From the NCBI GenBank assembly GCA_032718475.1, contig JAUCBJ010007412.1, positions 1-59,935 on the forward strand: 59,935 nt of DNA. Reading direction: 5' to 3'. This stretch comes from Nemertoderma westbladi. Taxonomy: Eukaryota > Animalia > Xenacoelomorpha. A model generated the notes under the pieces. That model was not told the DNA's origin. It searched no databases and saw only the letters and a list, made by a program, of their open reading frames with translations. The position numbers and the translations under genes are program-made. Positions 24,761-37,771 of this stretch are shown piece by piece (positions within the stretch are counted from its first letter, which is position 1; each line of letters begins with the position of its first letter).

Positions 24761-25978
24761 AGTTAGGCAGACCGGTACTGAAATGAATTACACAATAGCC
24801 TACATTCGCAGAAAAGCCTTTCTAGAATTATCACTTATGACTACTTATTTGCGTGCATTTTTCACTGGGATTGGCTGCGTGCGTGTCTAGCGTCGTCTCT
24901 TTGATTACGTTGAATCATTGGCAATATACAGAATGTTTTGATTGGACCTATAGGACTAGGAACTTTGCGTGGAAGAATATAATGGTAGAAATCATAACAA
25001 ATAATACTCATATAACTTATATTTCGGCAGTTCTTTTAAATATGTAAACCTCTACCGGACTGCTGATTCATATACATTCCTAACATTCCACACCACATTC
25101 CAATAATATCCTAATACAGTAATACTTTCGAATTAGTACTTAAATTAAATTTAAGTCACGTGCTGCGCGAAGGCCCCACTTCGTGTTATTATTTATTTGT
25201 TATAATACTGTAAATGAAAGTATTAATATTTCCAATTCACATTTAGAAAAATATCGCTTTATTTTAGAAAGGTTGCGTAGATGGAAGAAGGCGTCTCTAA
25301 CTACGGTTGATATCTGATTTTTTAATGTTAGGTAAGAGTCAAAGGGGAAGCCAATATTACGAGCATTATCAGTACATGATAAACTATCATTTTCAATTTG
25401 TACGCTAAGGGGATCTGCTTGCTGTCCAAAACGTGACTGTAAGAGGACTTCGGTTTTTTTCGGATTAATCGGTTTAAACGAAATATAAAACTGTGCGTCA
25501 TCAGCGTATAAATGATATGAAAGACCATGTTTTCTAATGACCTTGGATAGCGAGCGGGTGTATATTGAGAACAATAATGGACCAAGCACGGAACCTTGGG
25601 GGAGCCCATATGTACATTAGCTTCTGGCACTCAGAATAGGTGTTCCCGACTTTAACCTGTTGTGTTCGCCCGTATAGATATGATACAAACCAATCTAACG
25701 CAGCTCCTCTAATCCCAATATCGTTTTCCAAAAGTTATAGTACTGTAGCTTACTATACTCCACAGTAACAAAGGATGCGCTTAAATCTAATAAAATTAAA
25801 AGAACAGCTGAGCCTCCATCGATATCACACATTATATTATAGTTCACCTTTAACAATGAAGTCTCGGTGCCCTAGTACCGCCTATAGGCGCTCTGCATCG
25901 GATCGTAGAGACCATTTAAATTCATGTGTGTGATTAACTGCTGTGCAACAACCTTCTCAGTCAACTTTGATAAGTATA

Positions 25979-27695
25979 CAGTACCGCTTTCAAATAACGT
26001 CGTATTGGTTCCTAATAGGATCCTATTAGGATCCAAGTCACTGATTCACTACTATTGGAGTTAGGATTTAATTGGAAATGAAATTTAGCCCAAATTCCAG
26101 ACTTGGAGGCACTTAGGATTTTACTTGGATTTCATTAGGAATTTAATTGGAAATCGGCGCTTACTTTGATGTCTGGAAGGTTGGACTCAGACTATGCTTG
26201 TGCTGGTCTACTTCTTCTCTATCCTGTCAATCATTAAGATGTATAGAATGGACTAGACTCAGCCTAAAGTTTGCGTAGTGTTCAGTTCATTACATTGAGG
26301 TATGGATATCAATGGAAAATGACACTCCTCACTGTACCTTGTATTACCAGCCTCTGACGTGAATAATATTTAAAATATAAACTCTAATAGATGAAATCCA
26401 CACATCCGCACATAGTTAACGTCCGTGGGCTGGTGGGCTCTGGAATAATTTAAAATCGTATTGAACTTACAAATAAATGTAGGACCACACACTGTATTTA
26501 TTAATATTGAACATATATGTTGAGTAATAAAGAGTAAAACACAATGTTTGTGTAATTATTAACAGAATAAATATTAGTTTATTTTCATTTATTAGTTTAA
26601 TTAATAATTAGACAGGGGCTAAAACTGGGCGACTAAATAAATGTATAATATCCACGGGAAATTTTCATTTCCTATACACATTGACATTCTGCTTACTATA
26701 CAAACAATGTTTGCTGTAAGGGGAGTACAGGGGTAGATAATTGGGTGTTCAATTATTATTATAGTCTTAAAAATAAATATGGGCATTTAATTATTAGCAG
26801 CCCACTTACTGCCTAACACGCTGTATCTCATTGTGTAGTTAAATATCCGTTCGGCCAATAGTAAGTCATTGATTAGTCCCCAAGGAGGGCTAGGGACTAT
26901 AGCCCCCCCCCCCCCTCCCTTCCTGACATAGATAAACTGTAATATTGAATGCTATATTTTACTGAAATACACAAGTTCCGTATTTAAACATAACACCCAC
27001 AAAGCACATTACACTCTCCAAGCAGATTCCGCAACATGTCACAATCATTATCGCTACCACTACTAAAAATAAATGACATAACATCCTACAGGAATTAACA
27101 GACCCTTATGAGTTTAGTGGCGGTTTGTAACAAACTTAACCTCTTGGCATAATGATATTAATATGAATTATAAATTATATTTATTATACCATGGAAATGG
27201 TAAAATTGCCAGATCTAAAAAGTTCGCACAATAATTTAAATAAAATTATTAAAAGTTTGACGTCCGAATACAATCAGATTACGCCTTAGCAGCCTAACTA
27301 CTTGTTGAGGCTCACTCAACGTGTTGGTGGGCCTATTTTACACAAGCGGCGATACCTTTACCGTATGGTAGTTAATGTGTCCAGATGTTGAGTTAAAGCT
27401 AGTAGGTGTACTTTGCATATTTAACATTAGCCTATGGGGAGTATCGTTGTTGTAAGATAGGTCAGGGGAAGGGAAATACAACTCAACCACTACTAGACAA
27501 AGCGGCTCTCTTTACTACTTTCAGCTATCCCGGGAGGTTGATTGACAGACACTTCTAAGCTTTGATATTTAGCCGCTCTAGGTAGACTTACATTAGGCAA
27601 ATTCCAAGTGATTTCCTAAAGGTTATTTATTTCCTATTAGGTTCCTATTAGGATCCTATTAGGATCCAATAGGACGTTATTTGAAAGCGTTACTG
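25979..27695. mobile_element. Non-autonomous Tc1/mariner/pogo-like element
   Basis: ~50-bp TIR cagtaccgctttcaaataacgtcgtattgg / ccaataggacgttatttgaaagcgttactg; TA TSD (25977-25978, 27696-27697); removal restores L2 RT text RPVSNLLYLSKL. Confidence 0.92.
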
Positions 27696-27984
27696 TAGTA
27701 AGTTTGATACAGGTCTAAGTTCTTTAAGATCTCCGGATCCAAGCGGGCCTTCTATAAGATTAGTGTAAGTATTGCCTCATAAAATAGGGTTGGTACCGTT
27801 GCCGTTTTAATAGATACATTTATAATCACAGTAATTATTGGCAATAACAGTTTAAGTGATAGCTTGACAACTCTTGTTGGTAATGGGTCGCGTGGACTTG
27901 ACGCAGACTTTGATTCTTTTATAAGAGTTATTGTTTCATCCATTGTTACCTCCTGAAAGTCTGTAAGTAATAATGCTTTCGGAG

Positions 27985-28595
27985 TGTTACCCGTGGCAGC
28001 CAATGACGCAGCTGGGTTGCCCGTAACAACCGATGACAGCGGGAGGTTGTCCGTAGCAACCAATGACGGAGGAAGGTTGTCCGTAGCAACTGCTGACGCA
28101 GCTGGGTTACACGTAGCAGCCGCTGACGCAGCTGGGTTACCCGAGCAACCGATGATGCAGCTGGGTTGCCCTTAGCAACCGATGACGCAGCTGGATTTCC
28201 CGTACCAACCGATGACGGCAGGAGGTTGTCCGTAGCAACCGTTGACGGAGGGAGGTTGTCCGAAGCAACAGCTGGCGCAGCTGGGTTGTCCGTAGCAACC
28301 GCTGACGCAGCTGGTTTGCCCGTAGCAACCGATGACGCAGCTGCATTGCCCGTAGCAATCGATGAAGGAGGGAGGTTGTCCGTAGCAACCGCTGACGCAG
28401 CTGGGTTGCCCGTAGCAACCGATGACGCAGCTGGGTTGCCCGTAGCCACCGATGACACAGCTGCGTTTCCCGTAGAAACCGATGACGAGGCCGGGTTACC
28501 CGTAGCAACCACTGACGCAGTTGGGTTGCCTGTAGCAACCAATGACGCAGCTGGGTTTCCGTAGTAACTGATGACGCTGTAGATGTATCCGTAGC
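27985..28595. repeat. 30-bp minisatellite (~20 copies) inside L2 ORF2, encoding (VATGNPAASS)n
   Basis: Unit cgtagcaaccgatgacgcagctgggttgcc, with a second variant ending ggagggaggttgtc. Confidence 0.93.
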
Positions 28596-30639
28596 AATTG
28601 CATTTTTACAGACTGAAGTTATAGGCGTCAGTAAATCGGCACGAATATCCATTATCTTATTTTCGAAGAAACTTAGAAACACATTAACCATCGACTTATC
28701 GTCATCATGCGTGGGCAGATTGCTTTTATTATTTCTGTACATAATTTTATGAACAACCGCGAAAAGTGTTTTTTGGCCCCCCGCATGAGTTTTTACTATG
28801 TTGCTGTAGTAAGTTTCTTTAGCTAAGATGATGATTTCAGATACCGTTCTACATTGCTGCCGGTAGGCAGCGCAGTCTATAGGTAGTCTCGTCTTTTGGA
28901 ACCTACGCTCAAGTTGACGACGCTTTCTTTTTCTATCAGCAATTGCACTGTACCAAGTAGCCTTTGGGTGTTTTGTGACGGTCTTTTTCAACATTGGCGC
29001 ATGCTTATCAAATAATTGACTCAAATATTATATTTGGTAAGGACGTCACTGATATTTGTATCTAATGTATTAGTACAGTAGCTGTACATAGAGTGGATTG
29101 TCCCAGATCGTCTAAAAATAAATTCAGGTTAAATTTGTTCATATTCCTGTAACTAACAGTTTCTGTATCCACGGCAGGTTTTACTATGTTAAGGATAAAA
29201 TAAATAGCGAAATTGTCAGATAAGCCGATATTCCTTATGTTAACGTTCTTGATAATATCGAGATCATCTGTCAATGTATAGATGAGGTCTAATTTATGCC
29301 CTTTTATGTGAGTCACAGGCAATCCAAGCCCGAAGGGCCGTTAATGGCTATAATGTCAGAAATTCCGCTAAATTTCTTAGAGTATGACTTAGGGTTAGTG
29401 TTACATGAAAGCTTTAATTAGGGTTGAGGCCGCCACTACTGTAACCAGCGAGTTTCATACAGTATAAAAATCCCTGCTGTTCACTTTGTCCTGTTGTACC
29501 CTTTCTATAATATTTGTACCCTTTGACGTGGTTTTTGTACCCTTTGACATGGCTGTTGTTCACTTTGACCTGTTGTACCCTTTCTATAATATTTGTACCC
29601 TTTGACGTGGTTTTTGTACCCTTTGACATGGCTGTTGTTCACTTTGACCTGTTGTACCCTATTTTCCATTTTTGTACTCTTTTGACCTGTTGTACTCTTT
29701 GACTCGATGCACCCATTGACTCGGAATCGGCCTTCCTTGTGATTAAATAATGTTTAATTGGTACGCCGTGGATATTCGTGTGTCTATGCAAACAAATTGT
29801 TACAATAATAAATTTTTTTATGAATATCCCAAGGCGTTGTAACTACATATTATATAGTTTAGCATGTCTTGGAATATCTACGTAATAGTATTATTACAGG
29901 CAATACATTGTTGCCAAGCTGCTAATGAGATCCAACAAATTAATAGAATATGGCCTGCAGGGGAAGTTAATACGTGTAACATTTGAATGCCCATATCTCA
30001 GCTATTTTCCCATCAAATTTAAATGGTTTTACGAATATGGAATCCCTACACGACACGCCAATAACTCATTATAAGGTTGAAGAATAACTACACAGCTTAA
30101 CTGATGCAATATTTAGGGAGACCTTTTTCAAAAGCTTGTAGCTAAAGAATGAAATCAAATAAAAAGGAGGGGGAGGGATTAAACTACATTAAACTACGCG
30201 GGGTCCAGGTACCTGAAATACGACACTATTAATACTCCTGGACGCATATTTACAAACCCCCATACCTCAGCACTGGCAACACAATTCGACCTGAATTAAA
30301 AACCAATCAGAGACCAGCAGATGATAAATACAGTAACTCTCTGGCAGGGTGCTCAGACCCTATGGTGGTGTTTGGGAATACACCACTTCCAAACCCCATG
30401 GGATGTCTGCACTATTAGAGAAGAGAGTATATTACAGTATTATTATTGTGATGCTATTTATATGTATTGGATGTATATTATGTAATGTTTGAAAAATTAT
30501 AATACAATCGACAATATATAATTTACAACAGTATTTTTTACTTGTATAACAATTCTAATGATATTATTGAATGAACTACATTTCAGTTAATAAATGCGTA
30601 GAGCGTAGCAGTTTTTATCTTTAAATGTTATTGTTATAT

Positions 30640-31132
30640 GGGGCCGTCCAAGTATGACGTCAGCACTTTAGGGGGGGGAGGGGGGTTGGGATAATCTGAT
30701 GACGTGCTGATGAGGGGAGGGGAGGGGGTCAGCCAAAATCTGACGTCAGCATGTTCATTTATAGGTGCTAGAAGAGATATAGCAGAAGAGTAAATAGCTT
30801 GCTATTTTAATTGTTCGAAGCCCCCGAAGGCCCCTAGCACAACCTTCTGTTTCAGTTACCAGTCACCATGTTTCAGTGATTAGGACGCATGCTACTGGGA
30901 TACTGCGGTACTGCGGTACTGGGGTTCGCCTGAAAATGAAACATCTTCATAATAAAAAAAAAATAAAATAAAAAAATTTTTGTAATAAACTATTAAGTTT
31001 ATTACAAATTTTTTTTTAATCTGATTTAGGGGGGGGGGGGGGGGTCAACGCCTATCTGATGACATCTGATTTAGGGGAGGGAGGGGGTCAACATTTTGGG
31101 GAAAAGTGCAGACGTCATACTTGGACGGCCCC
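30640..31132. mobile_element. PIF/Harbinger MITE
   Basis: Perfect 22-bp TIR ggggccgtccaagtatgacgtc / gacgtcatacttggacggcccc; 3-bp TSD tat. Confidence 0.9.
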
Positions 31133-31829
31133 TATGCAGCATTTCATGAGATTTAGCATTCGGTTTGTTTAAACTAATGTTAAGTTCAATATTTCTGGAT
31201 TTCTTTATAACTTTATGTAGGCTTGTAGTTGTATTTGGGCGGCTACTTAAGAGACATTGAAGTACACCCTTATTGAATAGCACATCATCTTTGACCCCTT
31301 TAGCTTTACCCACGGCTGTTGGTCTCAATCTCACCAGTTAGTTGTATCTGATACTTATGCTGAAATCACACCTTTTGGTGGTGTATCAATTTAATGTGAC
31401 ACTTTTTACAGGATTGCCTCGAATAAGTTATAATAATAATAATAACAATAATTTCCAAACCCCATATGGTCTTAGCATCAGAGTTCTGCTGCCTGCTGGT
31501 CTCTAATTGGTTCTTACTTCAGGTTGAAATGTATTGCCAATCCCGACGCTGTATGGGATTTGTAATTTATACAAAGTATGAGTATGTGTTGCTTAGCCGT
31601 TCAACTATATATCCTGCGAAGCAATTTTTCTGCATTGTAATAGTAATAATACATTGCATCTATTGGATCACCACCACAACTACTACATTCTAGAGGCTAG
31701 AGCACTTATACTTATATTCTATGCATGCTGCATGCATAGAATGGTGTAATTTAATATTAGATTTATACAATTTGTTGTCAAAGTTTTATTCCTTCAGTTA
31801 AAATCAGTAGTAATATTAAATTGCTAACA

Positions 31830-33986
31830 ATGAAACCAGCAATGCGCCTATTGGCTGAAACTTTCCTGGGGTATGTCTACCTCTCGATCTTTGACGGGTT
31901 GATCCCTCCTGTGTGGATGGCTGGAATGGATGCACTTGGACTCACCGGCTACGAGGTTGTTTTGGGCGTGTGGTTCGCTCCAATAATACTCGTCATTCCC
32001 TTGTTGTATAGCTTATTCTCCTCACGCTATGGAATCGCCTTCCTCCGGCTAACATGTCTCCTTGGTATAGTATCCTTCGACGTCCCAGATATTTACAACC
32101 GTATGGTAGTTGTTGCTGTTGGTAACGGCTTCATGGCAATTCTGTTGTGCGTGTCGTTATGGCACAGAGACGTTTTAAAAAGAAGAAGCTTTTTCTGGGG
32201 TTTAATGTTAGGTGGTCTACTTCTAAAAGTATTTCGCATCTGGTTCATCAGTTTCAACCCATTTTTCCTCTATCACACTACAAATAAGATCCTCATGGCC
32301 TGCGCTGTCCTGGTATCAGCAGCTGTTGTGGAAGACGATCTGGACGATGAAAACGCATCAGAAAGTAATAAAAAGAGTTTGGCAGAGAAAACAATTAAAA
32401 GTTCAATTTCGCAGACTGGTAGAGAAAATCAGACGGATTCACCCCGCACTAACAACAGCCATTGGTTCATCTCAGGGTTGTCTCTAGGTTGCTTTATGTT
32501 CCTTCAGTGGGTCTTCTGTTCCGAGGTATCTGTTATCTGCCGGTGGTGCGGCACCCCGTACCCCAACCGGGGCCCTGTCCCTAACCCCCACGGTTTACTC
32601 GTCCTCCTATCCTCCGCATTGGGACTCCTCCTCGCTCTCCTCCAACCCAACCTCGCTTACCAACCCATCGGATTGGTCATCACATTCCTTTCCACCCTCT
32701 TTCTCCTCTATACCCGCTCCTACCCCTGTTTTATTGCCGGGCTTCTCCTAATTTTCTTTCTATCGCTCAGTGGCCCCGCCCTCTACCAACGCGCCTGTCA
32801 GAGCGCCCCAGCACCCACCATTCTGGTCGCACTGGCTACCAAGATGCTCGGTGGACTTTCATTCGTCTGGGTCACCGGTTACAACTTTCTCCCTTATGGT
32901 GTCTACATGCGCGAGCGTACAGACATTGTGATACTGGTTGCTGTGGTGACCATATTCATTGGGCTGTTCAGTTACAAACTGATACCAATACCAGAATGTT
33001 TCACTTTCGGGGTTTTGTCAACATCAAAAGAAAATAAGTTAATAAAAGTTATAATTGCTTGTTTATTTCTACTTGGGGCTGCAGGTTTTGCATTTCGTTA
33101 TCCAAACCTTGTAAAAAAGATTACCAACAAGAGTGAACGGGATACTCTGACAGTGGGTGTCTGGGCATTCCGACTGGGATACAAGAACGACGGCCTTCCT
33201 AACCTGGATGCGGCGGTTGAACTAATCCGCAACACAGATGCCGATGTCTTCTCCATTATAGAGTCGGATGCATCGAAACCCTTTATTGGTAACAACGACA
33301 ACTGCGCCTTCTTGGAGGAAGCCCTTGGCTGGTATTGCGACTTCGGACCCTCTACAAAGGATCACACATGGGGAGTAATGCTACTTAGTCGTTACCCTAT
33401 AATTGGCAGTCAGCACCATCTGCTCCCTTCCCCCGAGGGGGAGTTGGCTCCCGGGATCAGCGCGGTCATTGACGTCGGAGGAGAAAACATTGAGGTTATC
33501 ACTGCCCACTTTGGAAACGATGGAGATGACCTCGACCGCAAACTCCAGGCCCAGTACATCGCTAATCTCACTCAGAGATCGGAGCTGCCCCTCCTTTACG
33601 TCGGGTATCTAACTTCGGCACCTGGCAGTCGTGATTACAATGAGTTGCTTAGCAATGGGGGTCTCCAAGATATTGACCCCACCGATACCGATCGGTGGTG
33701 TCTCTACATTATGTACAAGCGGCTGGTGCGGTTGGGTTACGCGAGGATTTCGCGTGGGTTGCTAAGCGATACCGAGGTCCAACTCGGGAGATTCGCCTTG
33801 TCTTCCCTGGACATCGAGGGAGAGGCTGAGAGAATAACTACGACTAGCGATGAGGGAGTCCCGGAGAAAACGAGATTTAGCTCATTCTTTGGGGAAGACA
33901 ACAACAGCGATGACTCTAAACTGCACAGGTACCACATGGGAACACCGAAATATTTCATCCGAAACTTAAAAACTGGTGTCAATTAA
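31830..33986 (+). CDS. CWH43: CWH43 / PGAP2-interacting protein (GPI lipid remodelling; multi-pass TM region plus C-terminal EEP-like domain), single ORF
   Basis: Motifs ESDASKPFIGNND, DFGPSTKDHTWG, HHLLPSPEGELAP, HFGNDGDDLDRKLQA, DRWCLYIMY and terminal HMGTPKYF; first ATG at 31830 (the track's start at 31821 is TTG) corresponds to the N-terminus of animal CWH43. Confidence 0.95.
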   Translation: MKPAMRLLAETFLGYVYLSIFDGLIPPVWMAGMDALGLTGYEVVLGVWFAPIILVIPLLYSLFSSRYGIAFLRLTCLLGIVSFDVPDIYNRMVVVAVGNGFMAILLCVSLWHRDVLKRRSFFWGLMLGGLLLKVFRIWFISFNPFFLYHTTNKILMACAVLVSAAVVEDDLDDENASESNKKSLAEKTIKSSISQTGRENQTDSPRTNNSHWFISGLSLGCFMFLQWVFCSEVSVICRWCGTPYPNRGPVPNPHGLLVLLSSALGLLLALLQPNLAYQPIGLVITFLSTLFLLYTRSYPCFIAGLLLIFFLSLSGPALYQRACQSAPAPTILVALATKMLGGLSFVWVTGYNFLPYGVYMRERTDIVILVAVVTIFIGLFSYKLIPIPECFTFGVLSTSKENKLIKVIIACLFLLGAAGFAFRYPNLVKKITNKSERDTLTVGVWAFRLGYKNDGLPNLDAAVELIRNTDADVFSIIESDASKPFIGNNDNCAFLEEALGWYCDFGPSTKDHTWGVMLLSRYPIIGSQHHLLPSPEGELAPGISAVIDVGGENIEVITAHFGNDGDDLDRKLQAQYIANLTQRSELPLLYVGYLTSAPGSRDYNELLSNGGLQDIDPTDTDRWCLYIMYKRLVRLGYARISRGLLSDTEVQLGRFALSSLDIEGEAERITTTSDEGVPEKTRFSSFFGEDNNSDDSKLHRYHMGTPKYFIRNLKTGVN

Positions 33987-35828
33987 CACGAGTATATGCT
34001 TATTTATATATATTTTTAATTTCAACATGGATCAGTACAATGAAAAGCGCCAGTGTGTAAAATACATATATATATAGTATTCATTTTCAATATTTATTTT
34101 TGTAAGATCTTCATTAAATATTCACTGCATACTTTGTATTAATTGTATTAACTAATATTTATGTATTTTATTATAGTAGTATATTTAATATTCATCTATA
34201 CACACGTACAGTATATGTCGATATTTTGGGCTATATAACCTACGACCCATTAGATTGAGTGCCGTTACTTACCAATTTTTTTTTTAATATTCCACTTGTT
34301 GCCATGTTATATATACTGTATTTGTTAAATTTAATTAAGGGTGAACTACTGTATGAATCATTCAGTATATTGTACGAGGATATGGTGTGACAATTAATTG
34401 TTAACGATAGTAAAATCAGGTATTTCCTACAGGTTATTACTACTATTCATAAAAAAATAATAATTATCAATAATACGGCAGCACCGACTGATTGGTTGAC
34501 AATAATTATGGGTGAATTCGCGTAGTTCGGCACATTATTGGATAATTTATCACCAGTTACAAAGTTCGAAATTAACTATGCGTATATGTGGCGGAATAGT
34601 AGTTCGAGTTAGGAATCGAAGTCTTTATACAAATAAGAGCTCAATTGCAATTATATAACATTTCAATACTCCAAACGTTTCGATATTATCATGATTAGTA
34701 GAGTTAGTAGAGTGGTTCCTTCGCGCAGGACGAGGCTCAGTTATGAGACACAAATTAAATTTGAGCGCTTCTACGTAATGTATCACAAAAACAGTATTTA
34801 ATATATTTATAAAAACCGCCTATCAATTAAAGAAAGAGGAACTCTTTCTCGTCTTCAACCCCCCTTTTAATGGGCACCCCAACCCAACCCAAAGGCACAG
34901 ACGGTACAAGTAGGAGAGATCAGGCAGGGGGGGGGGGGGGGGGGGTGCTTTCGAAGCAATAAAAATGAATCCATCGGGAAATTGGACACAAATAACAACT
35001 GATGTCATCCAAGAATAATACTATAACCTGTTATATTGACTATGGTTTATTGTTTTGGTTAGAATAACGTGCCACTGTAGCCTGCTCTTTTCCCTGAATT
35101 GAGAATATAAAATTGAGGGTTGATATTTATTCGCCAAGATGGGATTTGCATCCAGTTTTTTAAAATACCATAGCAACCAAGTGAAAACGACCTTCAAAAA
35201 TTAGCAGTATTGACAATGTCCTTAGTAACAGGCTTTAAAAGGGGGTAATGCATTTACAGTGGTCGTAGCGTAGCACCTATAGGTCCTGGTCGTAGCACCT
35301 ATATATCAAGTCTAAGGAACAATGCACTAATTGCTTGCAGTTGCCATGGCAACGTGTAATTTTGGCTATAAACGGGCTATATAATAGCCGTAGCGTCATT
35401 AAATCAACCTCCACCCCTACTATATCGAGTATAAGGAATATGCAATATGTTTCTGTTTCTAGATGCCATGGCAACTTGTCAGAATTGTTAAAGTGTTTTT
35501 CATATCACTTCAAGCTGTTTTGACTAGGCCTACATACAAGAGCGCATTTTGGCAGTGAGCTATTCATGATACGAATATTTAGAGATATTACATTTGGCAT
35601 CCTTTATGCCCTATAACATTCTTAATTAAATGAAATTACATTGTATTAAGAATTACAATTACTGTACAAGAGTAATCAGTGTACAGTACATAACACCGTT
35701 AGGCCTACAAGAACAAGAACAAGAACAGTGCCCATGCCAGCCGCTAGGGGGCTACATATGTGTAAACATTAAATGTACTTCCAATTCTTTGCTTTTATTC
35801 CATTCAAGGTAAAACTTGGCAGATAGAA

Positions 35829-37767
35829 CTACTACTGTACTAGGTCGAGCGAACTCGGACAGTGGAAATGAGATCCTTCCAGGCTTCCCGATTCTCTATA
35901 GTTGTCGCAATTTCGTTTCTCCCAAGTTCAGTATCCCTTTCAAGTTGATCTATATATGTTATGGCAGGTCGTCCACGACTACGCTTCCCATGAGTTGGTT
36001 GCCAGAGAAGTAGATCTGGTATGACCTCGTCTTTACTTCGCCAGCAGTGCCCACTGAATCTTAATCTGCGTTTATGGAGGGTGGTTGATACAGGTGGTAT
36101 TGTACCATAAAGCTCGGTATTTGACATGTGTTGTCTCCAGCTGATGTTTAGGGCTGCCCTTAGTAGTCTTGTGTAGCAACCATCAATTCGTTGTTCAAGT
36201 GATTTAGTCAGTGTCCAGGTTTCACCCCGTATAAAAATACACTTTCCACTGTGGCTCGAAAGAACTTGGTCTTCAGGTGCCTGGAGAGATCTGATTTCCA
36301 GATGGTATCCATTTTTGATAGAGCTACCCAAGCCTTTGCTTTCCTAACTTCTATGTCCTTTTTGCTACTCTCTATCCATGATCCAAGGTACTGGAAGTCA
36401 TCGACCTTCCTTAGTTGATTATTATCAATGGTTGTCAAGTTTCCATCAACATTAAAGGTCATGAATTCGGTCTTGGTAGCATTTATATGCAATCCAACCT
36501 CCTTAACAGCCCTCTCCACTTTATTTACTAGAAGCTGTGCATCTGCTAGGGTATTAGAGAGCAGGGTGATGTCATCCGCAAAGTCGGTGTCTGTGACTGT
36601 AGTTGCCGAATATCTACTACTTCTGCGTTCTTGAAGTGTGAATCCCAGATCTTCACCCTTTGTGGCCGTCCTCATTGCGTAATCCAGCACAATTACAAAT
36701 AGTAATGGTGCTAATGTGTCACCTTGCAGTACGCAGGCCAGGATTGAGAAAAACTCAGTTTCACCATCTGGTGAGAGTACCTGCGCTTCTGTGTCACAAT
36801 ATAACAATCCAATGCCAGCAACAATTACTTCTGGTATTCCATAAGCTCTTAGGATTTCAAGCATTTTACCTCTAGGGATGGAGTCGAATGCCTTCTTGAA
36901 GTCCTCAAAAGCCATGACTGCGGGGAGATTCTTTGACTTAATTCCTTCAATCAGTCTCCGTAGTGCAAGTATCTGAGCTATTGTTGATCTACTTGGTCGA
37001 AATCCGTTTTGGCTCTTACGCAGTAGTTTCTCTATGTGAGGCCTAATCCTATATAGAATCATTTTATTGTATATTTTGGCAGCTACCACAAGCAGACAGA
37101 TCCCACGATAGTTTGTTGGTATGCCGAGGTCACCTTTCTTGGGGAGAGGCTTTAGTTGACCTTTAGTCCAAATTGGTGGTGGCTTTTCCCCTTTTAACAT
37201 CCGGTTGCAAACATTCAATAATGGTCTATTTAGCACTCCGGTTTTCCATACCTCCGCTGGGATTTCATCTAATCCACTCGCTTTATTATTGGACATGCTT
37301 TTAATGCTTCTTTGAAGTTCGGCAGGTGTGAAGTCCCCTGTTTCTATAGGTAGTGTCCTGTCATATATTTTCCTTGTAGGGCTGACCTCGATGTTTGGTG
37401 GCTGCCCAAGCAAGTAGCTGAAGTGATTTTTCCACTTCCCAACACGTTCTTCAGGACTATCGGCTTTGAGGCGCCCCTTTGCACAACTTTTCCGACCAGA
37501 TACCTCATTTACAGTTTGCCAGGTAAGTCTTGATTGTTGCTGTATGTGAGCAGTTGTAATTGCTTCAGTTTTATCCTGTATGTACTTTTCCTGGCTGATG
37601 TTGTAGGCCAATTTAAGATCGTCCTTAGCTTTCTCAACCTTGTTAATGTTTTCGGTTGTTGGTTGTTCGGTTTTAACTTTGTAGGCTATCTTAAGATCTT
37701 CTCTCTTACAAGTAACCTCAGAGTTTTGCCATGGCACATACTGTTTTCGTTTAGGTTTCTGGGGGAA
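35829..37767 (-). mobile_element. 5'-truncated RTE-clade LINE (family A), one frameshift near 36225
   Basis: RT motifs NYRGICLL, QNGFR, DFKKAFDSI, LQGDTLAPLLF, DFADD and FQYLGSW; tag-rich tail right after the stop; 8-bp TSD agatagaa at 35821-35828 and 37768-37775. Confidence 0.93.
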
Positions 37768-37771
37768 AGAT

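Larger units (their letters stand above)
23338..25187 (+). mobile_element. Helentron-associated (HINE/DINE-1-like) non-autonomous element
   Basis: Sub-terminal inverted repeat gtggggc (23342) / gccccac (25173), hairpins at both ends, (GTC)n microsatellite at ~23417-23472, tandem core repeats, T-rich insertion site with no clear TSD, interrupting the L2 ORF. Confidence 0.65.
21757..29340 (-). mobile_element. Degenerate L2/CR1-group LINE (APE end, RT, 3' end) split by three insertions and a minisatellite
   Basis: In order on the - strand: [66 protein letters not shown]; 3' stem-loop agcgcctt-ggatagtgcttaga-aaggcgct (21785-21814) and (ATT)n tail typical of L2. Confidence 0.88.
21046..29728. mobile_element. 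MULE-like foldback element with long TIR arms enclosing an L2 LINE and further insertions
   Basis: Arms ~21046-21738 and ~29354-29728 are inverted copies (gtcaaagggtaca repeats, taaccctaacccta, gaaatttagcggaatttctgaca); perfect 9-bp TSD ggccttcct at 21037-21045 and 29729-29737. Confidence 0.8.

Noticed and set aside
24454-24786. Repetitive ORFs here and at 6056-6670, 19784-20005 and 27984-28564 (+)
   Set aside because: Translations of minisatellites that lack stop codons; no protein-family signal.
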